From Promethearchaeota archaeon (GTDB lineage Archaea > Asgardarchaeota > Lokiarchaeia > Sigyniarchaeales > SOKP01), in contig JBHLMP010000003.1 in assembly GCA_048938025.1 (NCBI GenBank), forward strand, positions 10,952 through 66,507: a DNA stretch of 55,556 nt. The letters are read 5' to 3'. The translations under genes and the position numbers were made by a program. The notes beneath the pieces are model-generated. The model was not told where the DNA came from, did no database searches, and worked only from the letters and a program-made list of their open reading frames with translations. Below are positions 48,081 to 55,556 of the stretch, one piece after another (the first letter of the stretch is position 1; every line of letters begins with the position of its first letter).

Positions 48081-49256
48081 TTACTTTTCTGGATAACTAG
48101 CAAACATTTTACCCCAACCTGTTTTTAGGAAGTTCTTTATTAATTTTTTCCCTTTTATTGGATACCAAAACATATCATGATATATTTTAGATGCATAAGT
48201 AGGACCTAAGAAGAAAAGTTCACTTCGAAAAAGGGGGTAAATAAATTGTAGAGGACCTTTTCGTACCATTTGATCACCCCAAATAACCACACTTCGCTTA
48301 ACTTTAAAGTTCCAATTAATATCAGACACATTTTCTCCAATAAATTCAATTTGATCGAAATCTCCACAGCCTAATCCTTCCTCATGAGCCATTTTTATAG
48401 CGGGTAATTTTAATGGTTCAAAGCCTAGCATATGAGCCACAGCTGCATCAACTGCTACTTGATCATATCCTGCAAGCAAATAATTTTTAATACGGGGAAT
48501 CATAGTTCTGGGACCTGCACCGTCTCCACAAACAGTACCATCTACCACAGCAAATATGCTAGGGTGGATCTGCTTTTGAATAATTAATAGATCCACTAAT
48601 ACTTCAGACATATACTGGTGACTAAAATGCCTTCTTTTTGTTAATAATCCTCCAAACGCATTTTTCATCGCACATGTTATTCCACCATGTTTCATTACTC
48701 CTTTTGTTTTTTTTAAACTACCTCCTTGTGCACCAGTATGGCCATGAGTCTTCATTGTTGGAAGATGAATTATCGACTTCCCTACATAAAACTTTGGGAT
48801 TTTGAAACCTTCTGGAAATATTTTAGAATTTAAAGCGTGCAATTCTTTATTTTTTAACCTTAAAAAATGAGGTTTTAATGATTCATATGGAATAAAGGGA
48901 ATTCGAGTTAAAGGTATAAACCAAACACCATATTTTTTAATAATTGGGTTCCATTTATTTCCATCTAAACCTTTTTCAATGTTAGTAACAACAGTTCTAT
49001 TCTCAGCGGTAAAAAGTTTTTTTGGATCATATCCATCTTCTATCATTGTTTTAATTAATCCTTCTAATTGCCATGGAGGGCTAGAGCAAGCTGGAAAAAA
49101 TTTTGACCAACTTAAGTTTAGTTTAATAATGATTCTTTCATCCTTATCGAAATATTTTTCATAGTTTGCCATATGCAATAATTTATTATAGTCTTCAAAG
49201 ATTGTTTTTGGAGAAGTTTTAACTACAAATATCTGTGGATTTTCTGATTTCATCAT
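48081..49256 (-). CDS. DUF362 family protein
   Basis: IKLNLSW, LPTMKTH, AMKNAFGG, DGT..G.GP, D.VAVDA. Confidence 0.85.
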   Translation of the reverse strand: MMKSENPQIFVVKTSPKTIFEDYNKLLHMANYEKYFDKDERIIIKLNLSWSKFFPACSSPPWQLEGLIKTMIEDGYDPKKLFTAENRTVVTNIEKGLDGNKWNPIIKKYGVWFIPLTRIPFIPYESLKPHFLRLKNKELHALNSKIFPEGFKIPKFYVGKSIIHLPTMKTHGHTGAQGGSLKKTKGVMKHGGITCAMKNAFGGLLTKRRHFSHQYMSEVLVDLLIIQKQIHPSIFAVVDGTVCGDGAGPRTMIPRIKNYLLAGYDQVAVDAAVAHMLGFEPLKLPAIKMAHEEGLGCGDFDQIEFIGENVSDINWNFKVKRSVVIWGDQMVRKGPLQFIYPLFRSELFFLGPTYASKIYHDMFWYPIKGKKLIKNFLKTGWGKMFASYPEK

Positions 49257-49422
49257 TCAATACAACTATAATATATTGTTAGTTTATAGAGCTTTTTATA
49301 GGATAATTCCTTTAAATCTAATTGTTAAATAATTAAGTATAAAATAACAAGTTATAAGTAAATTAATAATTAATTAAAAAAAAAATTAATTGAAATTACA
49401 ACTAAATTTAATCTATCTTTTT

Positions 49423-49749
49423 TTACCATCTCTCAAGGACTTCAATTGTCAAGAAAATATTGTAAACAGTATAGAGTATAGCAATTAGAACAATTATTTT
49501 AACATATAACGCAACAGTTTTTTTGTAAGTTAAATCTCTCATAGCATATTGAAAACTTCTAATCATTGAATAAATAGATACCAAAACGACAATTACTTCA
49601 AAGTAATAGAAAAGGAATTCCCATATTTTAAACAATTCTATAAATGTAAAAATCTCTAAAAAAACCAAAAATTTCCAAGTAGATATAAATAAGATAAATA
49701 TAGATGCAAATAAAAAAAAGAAACCCCATAAGTATTCCCTATACAGCAT
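49423..49749 (-). CDS. Hypothetical membrane protein
   Basis: 108 aa, three hydrophobic segments. Confidence 0.45.
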   Translation of the reverse strand: MLYREYLWGFFFLFASIFILFISTWKFLVFLEIFTFIELFKIWEFLFYYFEVIVVLVSIYSMIRSFQYAMRDLTYKKTVALYVKIIVLIAILYTVYNIFLTIEVLERW

Positions 49750-49985
49750 ATTCTATCAATATATAATTTGTTCCTAATTTAGAAAATATAACAACAGTAA
49801 TAAATATAAATTAATTTCTCATTAATCTTGGAATTTTCCATATAATTTATTAATAATTAATCTGAAATATATATTCTATATTTTTTTGGTAAGAATAAGT
49901 AGAATGTACTAAGGCAAATCTAGTTATCTTTTGTTTAAGATAAAATACTTTTTAGAATAAATTATAAAAAAATTAAGAAAAATGA

Positions 49986-51290
49986 TTATGTAGTCCAGGT
50001 GTCTGAGATATTAGCGATTCCTTCATAAGATTTGCTTTCTTTCCTATAAGGAAGGCAATACATATAATGTTCCCCAGTCTCTCCGCCAAGTAAAATCTTT
50101 TGAGGATTTTCAATACCACATCCAATATGTTTATCTTTATCAGGGCACCTAGGATGAAATGCACATCCTTTTGGTGGATTTATTGGACTTGGAACGTCAC
50201 CTTCTAATATAATTCTGTTTATTCTGTAAGTAGGATCAAAAGTAGGTCGAGCAGATAATAACGCTCTAGAATATGGATGGGATGGATTATTAAAAACATC
50301 TTTAACTGTTCCAACCTCTACAAATTTGCCTAAATACATTACTGCAATTCTATCAGCTATATGCTGCACAACAGTTAAATCGTGAGTAATGAAAAGATAA
50401 GATAAATTAAATTGTTTTTGAAGGTCTTTTAACAAGTTTAATATTTGAGCTTGAACAGACACATCAAGAGCGGAAGTAGGTTCATCTAAAATAATTATTT
50501 CAGGATTGCAAGCAAGAGCTCTAGCAATTACAATTCTTTGCTTTTGACCTCCTGAGAATTCATGGGGGTATCTATCTAAATGTTCCCTTTTCATTGAAAC
50601 TACTTCTAAAAGTTCAAAAACACGCCTTCGAAGTATTCTTCTTTTTGATACCCCTTCAAGGAGCTTTAAAGGCTCTCCGATTATATCGACTATTTTCATC
50701 CGAGGATTTAATGACGAATCAGGATCTTGGAATACAATTTGAATCTTTTTCCGAACATCTTTGCTATAAACTTTGAATAAACTATTATAGTATTTTATTA
50801 AAATGGAGCTAACTTTTTTGAAATTTTTTTCGAAATTTTTTGGAAAGTTATTAAGCATATTTAGTATCTTTTTATATATTCTCTTCATAGTTGGTTCAAT
50901 ACGTTTAATAATTCCCCCAAATAGTTTTACAGGAAGAAGAATTAAGGGCCCTCCAAAAATGTTAATTAAAGCTTCCTTCAACTTTTTTGGTTTTTTTTCC
51001 AGGATCCCCTCTCGTTTTGTTTTTCCCTTAACAATTCTTTCACCATGAAAAAGAACATCTCCAGCTGTAGCGTCAACAAGGTGTAATACTGTATTCCCAA
51101 TAGTAGTTTTACCACATCCACTTTCTCCTACTAATCCTAATGTTTCTCCCTTATAAAGATCAAAGGACACCCCATCTACAGCTAAAACTTCTCCAATTTT
51201 CCGCTTAAAAAAACCCCCTACAATAGGGTAATAGGTTTTAAGATCTTGAACTTTAAGAATTACCTCTCTTCTTTTCTCTGATTTTGACAT
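49986..51290 (-). CDS. oppF: Oligopeptide ABC transporter ATPase (OppF/DppF) with a large insertion
   Basis: GESGCGKT, FSGGQKQR, LDEPT, CAFHPRC. Confidence 0.92.
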   Translation of the reverse strand: MSKSEKRREVILKVQDLKTYYPIVGGFFKRKIGEVLAVDGVSFDLYKGETLGLVGESGCGKTTIGNTVLHLVDATAGDVLFHGERIVKGKTKREGILEKKPKKLKEALINIFGGPLILLPVKLFGGIIKRIEPTMKRIYKKILNMLNNFPKNFEKNFKKVSSILIKYYNSLFKVYSKDVRKKIQIVFQDPDSSLNPRMKIVDIIGEPLKLLEGVSKRRILRRRVFELLEVVSMKREHLDRYPHEFSGGQKQRIVIARALACNPEIIILDEPTSALDVSVQAQILNLLKDLQKQFNLSYLFITHDLTVVQHIADRIAVMYLGKFVEVGTVKDVFNNPSHPYSRALLSARPTFDPTYRINRIILEGDVPSPINPPKGCAFHPRCPDKDKHIGCGIENPQKILLGGETGEHYMYCLPYRKESKSYEGIANISDTWTT

Positions 51291-51343
51291 CTTTCTCTTG
51301 CCTAAATTTCTTATTTTTTAATTTGAATTTATTCTTTTGACTT

Positions 51344-52609
51344 TTATACTAAATAAGAAGCCTTTTCCTCTTTCTTCTCCCATTGATATTCAGGTGAATC
51401 TTTATATTTAGGATCAAATAAATGACATGCTATAAAATATTTATCACCGATTTCTATGAACCTAGGTTTTACTTTATCACAAATTTCCAACCGACTATCA
51501 CATCTTGGGTGAAACCTGCAGCCTGATGGAGGATAAATTAAATTTGGAACCATTCCTCGAATAACAGCTAATTTTTGATTTTTTTTCTCAAGGCTTGGAA
51601 TGGCACTAATCAATCCTTTAGTATATGGATGACGTGGTTTTTTGAATAAATCTACAACAGAGGCATATTCAACGATATTACCACTATACATAACAGCCAC
51701 TCTATCGCATAAATCAGCAATAATTCCTAAATCATGTGTAATCATAAGGATAGACGTTTTAAACTTTTTTTTTAATTGTTTCATAAGTTCGAGAATTTGA
51801 GCTTGAATTGTTACATCCAAGGCAGTTGTAGGTTCATCAGCAATTAATAAATGGGGATTACATGATAACGCCATAGAAACCATTACACGTTGTCTCATAC
51901 CACCACTAAGTTCATGTGGATACCTCTTTAGAATACCTAAAGCATCTGCTATTCCCACTTCTTTAATAGTATTCGCTGATTTTTCTCTAATAATATCCTT
52001 TATTAATGGTAAATGTTTGGTTTTTTCTTGAAGTTCTTCAATTTTATTTTTAAGGTCCTTTTTATCTTCTTTCTTTAAGTTAACTTTTTCTTTTAATTCA
52101 TTCTTTAATTCCTTCAATTTTTCCTTATTTTTCTTTCTCTCTAAAATCCGTTTATCTAAAATTTTTCGAAGCTTATCCTTTTGATGTAATAAAAAAACTT
52201 CCGCTAACTGATTTCCTACTGAAATAACTGGATTAAGTGAATTAAGAGGATCTTGAAATATCATAGTAATATCTCTACCTCTAATATTTCTCATATCCTC
52301 TTCTGATAAATCCAGCAGATTGATTTCATTAAATTTTATTACTCCATCTATAATTTTCCCCGGAGATCTCACTAGACGTAAAATTGAAAGAGCTGTCACG
52401 GATTTTCCGCACCCTGTTTCACCTACAAGTCCAAGCACTTCATCTTCGTAAATATCAAATGAAACACCATCAACGGCTTTAACTACTCCTTCTTCAGTGT
52501 AAAAATATGTTCTAAGGCTTTTAACCGAAAGCAATTTTTTTAAATCTTTTTCTGTTTCTATTTGATTCGTATTTTCAATACTCTCTTTATTATTTTTTAT
52601 TATAGTCAT
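51344..52609 (-). CDS. oppD: Oligopeptide ABC transporter ATPase (OppD/DppD) with coiled-coil insertion
   Basis: GETGCGKS, LSGGMRQR, ADEPTTALD, CRFHPRC. Confidence 0.92.
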   Translation of the reverse strand: MTIIKNNKESIENTNQIETEKDLKKLLSVKSLRTYFYTEEGVVKAVDGVSFDIYEDEVLGLVGETGCGKSVTALSILRLVRSPGKIIDGVIKFNEINLLDLSEEDMRNIRGRDITMIFQDPLNSLNPVISVGNQLAEVFLLHQKDKLRKILDKRILERKKNKEKLKELKNELKEKVNLKKEDKKDLKNKIEELQEKTKHLPLIKDIIREKSANTIKEVGIADALGILKRYPHELSGGMRQRVMVSMALSCNPHLLIADEPTTALDVTIQAQILELMKQLKKKFKTSILMITHDLGIIADLCDRVAVMYSGNIVEYASVVDLFKKPRHPYTKGLISAIPSLEKKNQKLAVIRGMVPNLIYPPSGCRFHPRCDSRLEICDKVKPRFIEIGDKYFIACHLFDPKYKDSPEYQWEKKEEKASYLV

Positions 52610-52646
52610 TTTTAATTGTCCTATTGTCCTATTTATTTAAACGAAA

Positions 52647-53660
52647 TTATATGTTTCTTAATCTCGGATCCAAGGCATCTCTTAACCCATCACCAACTAA
52701 CATAAACCCTAATACGGTCAGTATTATCATAAACCCAGGCCAGAAAACCGCCATTGGAGCTCCACCAAATAATTGAGCTCTTGCTTCAACAATATAATAC
52801 CCCCATTCAACTAAGTCCTCGGTACTAATACCTAAAAAGCTAAGACCTGCGAAACTTAAAATTATTCCGCCAATGTCAAACGTAAAGGCAATTAAAACTG
52901 GTTGAATGCAATTTGGAAGTAGGTGTTTAAACATAATTCGTCCATTTCCTGCACCTGCTACTCTTGCTGCTTCTATGTAGGGTAATTCTCGGGCTTGTAA
53001 TACTGACCCTCTAATTAAACGAGCGTATCCCGCAATACCCAGAATCCCATAAGCCAATATCATAAGGTGTAAATATGGACCCCATATTGCAATAAAAACT
53101 AAAATCAGAATCAAACCTGGAAATGCTAGGAATATATCCATAATCCTCATTATTATTGTATCTAGCACTCCTCCAAAATAAGCAGCAACCACACCAAAAA
53201 AAACACCACCTAAAACAGCCATAATTATTGCCGGTAGAGCAATTGTTAAAGAAGATCTTGCCCCCCATATCAAAACGGATAAGAGATCACGTCCGAATTT
53301 AGTCGTTCCTAGAAGATGACCTGGAGATGGATCTTGCCACGGAAGTTGCTGTGGATGTTCCGGATTTGGGTAAAAATCATTTACTTCTGCAAATGAATAG
53401 GGTGCTATCCATGGACAAAATACGGCAAAAGATACAATTATGAAAATAAGTACTATCCCCAAAATGGTTAACACTGACTTCAATCTTCGAATAAATTTTC
53501 TTTTGCTAATAGTCTTTTCATATTCAAATTGTCTTATTGCTAAATCTTCCATTACATACCCTGGAATAAAAAGAAACTTAAGATGGGTGATAATATTTTT
53601 TCTAATCTTTCCTTTTTCCCGAATTTCAATCGGTTCTTCTAATTGTTCAATTTGTCCCAT
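52647..53660 (-). CDS. oppC: Oligopeptide ABC transporter permease (OppC/DppC)
   Basis: HLLGTTKFGRD, EAARVAG loop, GDGLRDALDPR. Confidence 0.93.
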   Translation of the reverse strand: MGQIEQLEEPIEIREKGKIRKNIITHLKFLFIPGYVMEDLAIRQFEYEKTISKRKFIRRLKSVLTILGIVLIFIIVSFAVFCPWIAPYSFAEVNDFYPNPEHPQQLPWQDPSPGHLLGTTKFGRDLLSVLIWGARSSLTIALPAIIMAVLGGVFFGVVAAYFGGVLDTIIMRIMDIFLAFPGLILILVFIAIWGPYLHLMILAYGILGIAGYARLIRGSVLQARELPYIEAARVAGAGNGRIMFKHLLPNCIQPVLIAFTFDIGGIILSFAGLSFLGISTEDLVEWGYYIVEARAQLFGGAPMAVFWPGFMIILTVLGFMLVGDGLRDALDPRLRNI

Positions 53661-53685
53661 AATTTTTTTCCCATTTTTTATTTTT

Positions 53686-54702
53686 TTAATATCTTATTCT
53701 AGGATCTATAACCCCGTAGAGAACATCAATCGATAAATTTATAAGAACAAACAATGTAGCAGAAAAAAACACTAGAGCGTTTATAAGAAAGATATCTCTT
53801 TCTCGTATAGCATCCAATAACATTCTTCCAACTCCAGCTAAACTAAAAGTAGTTTCAGTTAGAATGGCTCCTCCTAATAAACCACCAAAATTTAATCCAA
53901 TAATGGTTATCGTTGGGATTAAAGCATTTTTCAGAGCATGCGTATGTAAAACCTTTTTTTCTTTAGCTCCTTTTGCCCTTGCTGTTCTTATATAATCTTG
54001 TTGTAAAACCTCCAACATACTTGAACGGGTTTGTCTTGTAATTGATGCGAGGGTAATAAAAGCTAAACACGATACGGGTAATATTAAATGAGTAAGATAA
54101 TCTATTGTCAAATAAAATTCGCCAGATATTATAGTGTCAATTAATCTGAAACCGGTAACATACGTGGCAGCAGGATAATTTGGATCTTTAAATCCACTTG
54201 AAGGTAACCAATCATTTTGAATAGTAAATACATATTGAAACATCATCCCTAACCAAAACACAGGAATCGATACTCCTATGAGGGCAAGACCCCTAAAGGT
54301 GGTATCTTGCCACTTATTTCTGTGTTTCGCAGCAATTATACCTGTTTTAATTCCGAGAAAAGAAGCAATTAATACTGATATAAAAGAAAGCTCAATGGTC
54401 CTTGGATATCTCTCCCATATAAGGTCCCAAACATCTGCTCCGGGTTCAATAGAAATAGAAGTACCCCAATTTCCTGTAAATAAATCCCCAATATATCTAA
54501 AATATTGAACAATTATCGGTTGATCAAATCCTAACGAATGTCTCAATGCTTCATACGCTCCAGGAGGTGCATTTCGTGGTAATAGTAGCCTTACTGGATC
54601 ACCGGGCATTAATTTGGAAAGAATAAATGTTAAAGTCAAAACACCAAATAATACAGGGACTAAAGTAACTAATCTTTTCGCTATATAAGAAAGCATACTC
54701 AT
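53686..54702 (-). CDS. oppB: Oligopeptide ABC transporter permease (OppB/DppB)
   Basis: MPGDP, DYIRTARAKG, HALKNA, DPRIRY. Confidence 0.93.
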   Translation of the reverse strand: MSMLSYIAKRLVTLVPVLFGVLTLTFILSKLMPGDPVRLLLPRNAPPGAYEALRHSLGFDQPIIVQYFRYIGDLFTGNWGTSISIEPGADVWDLIWERYPRTIELSFISVLIASFLGIKTGIIAAKHRNKWQDTTFRGLALIGVSIPVFWLGMMFQYVFTIQNDWLPSSGFKDPNYPAATYVTGFRLIDTIISGEFYLTIDYLTHLILPVSCLAFITLASITRQTRSSMLEVLQQDYIRTARAKGAKEKKVLHTHALKNALIPTITIIGLNFGGLLGGAILTETTFSLAGVGRMLLDAIRERDIFLINALVFFSATLFVLINLSIDVLYGVIDPRIRY

Positions 54703-54753
54703 ATCTCATAACCTCTTCTAACTTTAATTTTTTATAGCACTTTTTTATTATTA

Positions 54754-55197
54754 TTAATCATATTTTTTAGCTTCATCACGTTTCTTTCTAAATAAACCAG
54801 CTAATATTGCTGTGAACATGTTAATACTTAATAAAGAAAAAATTGTAAGATATCCTTCATAACTTGTAAAAAATTTGCCAATGATCATTATATCAAAACT
54901 GTATATTATCCAATACCATATAAAAGATAATCCGATTATAATAAAACTTAACCAAAAACTATTTCTTATTCCATATTCCTTAAATTTTTCTCTATAAGCC
55001 ATAATAAACACAATTACTATAAGAAGGATTAAAGCTAAAATAGATCTTGGAGAAAAAAGAACTTGATATATAAATAATAATCTTTCCCCAATACTTTTTT
55101 TATATTCATTACAAATATACCCAAAAAAGAAAAAATAACTCATCAAAATTGCAAATATTAAATTTCCCTGTCTCCCTAATTCAATTTTAAGTACCAT
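54754..55197 (-). CDS. Hypothetical 4-TM membrane protein at the head of the opp cluster
   Basis: 147-aa ORF, four hydrophobic segments, co-oriented with oppB. Confidence 0.6.
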   Translation of the reverse strand: MVLKIELGRQGNLIFAILMSYFFFFGYICNEYKKSIGERLLFIYQVLFSPRSILALILLIVIVFIMAYREKFKEYGIRNSFWLSFIIIGLSFIWYWIIYSFDIMIIGKFFTSYEGYLTIFSLLSINMFTAILAGLFRKKRDEAKKYD

Positions 55198-55556
55198 AAT
55201 ATATAATCCAAATTATTATATTTTAATTTACAATTCTTGTTATTTTTGCTAATAATCGATCTTTTTTTAAGTATCCTATTAAGTTAATGAAGGAATATTT
55301 CATCTTTCTAATCGTATTCTATTTCAAATCTTTATCTTCAATAGAAAATATTTCTTGAAAAAAAACTTTATTTTTTTTTTATATTATTGAATAATTTTAT
55401 TTAAATTTTTGTTCTCAATTTGGAATCTGTTTTGTTATATCCTTTAATTAAAATGATTGATTGAATCCTTAACATTTTTGATTGGATTCTACCAAATATT
55501 TTTCGTGCTTTAGATTAATCCGATTTTTTCCAGTAATTGAATCTAATACTAAAAAT

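Noticed and set aside
48680-48745. Insertion in the DUF362 gene (GAQGGSLKKTKGVMKHGG) as a possible hidden BHB intron
   Set aside because: The only 4-bp helix found (CCAU/AUGG) has no flanking stems, and excision would break the frame.
91-54508. Many 60-100-aa ORF-track entries antisense to or overlapping confident genes (e.g. 91-360, 4232-4504, 23974-24255, 53440-53736)
   Set aside because: Shadow ORFs of real genes with no recognisable motifs.
1-55556. CRISPR arrays, IS elements, integrases, rRNA genes
   Set aside because: No repeat-spacer arrays, transposase or integrase motifs, or long GC-rich rRNA-like segments were seen.

Overview
Very AT-rich archaeal genomic window, most likely from an Asgard archaeon (Lokiarchaeia-like), judged from archaeal ribosomal proteins, Vps28, OSTC/DC2, roadblock, Yip1 and TFEbeta/RPC39-like genes and a SepSecS/tRNA-Sec/SelB set. 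It holds a rearranged S10/spc ribosomal protein cluster (rps19 to rpl15, plus a separate rpl34e-cmk-rpl14e block), three intron-containing tRNA genes (Ser-GGA with 1 intron, Ile-UAU with 3, Sec-UCA with 2), housekeeping enzymes and an Opp/Dpp ABC transporter. Main finding: the ribosomal protein S3 gene is interrupted after codon 7 by a 31-nt stop-containing, frameshifting insert (29929-29959). The insert folds into a canonical bulge-helix-bulge, and standard endonuclease cleavage restores the conserved S3 N-terminus exactly. This is a candidate tRNA-type intron in an essential mRNA. Secondary findings are apparent ATT start codons in rps14 and rpl34e, a rare tRNA-Ile(UAU) and unannotated small membrane peptides. 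All protein calls come from motif recognition by eye; no searches were run.
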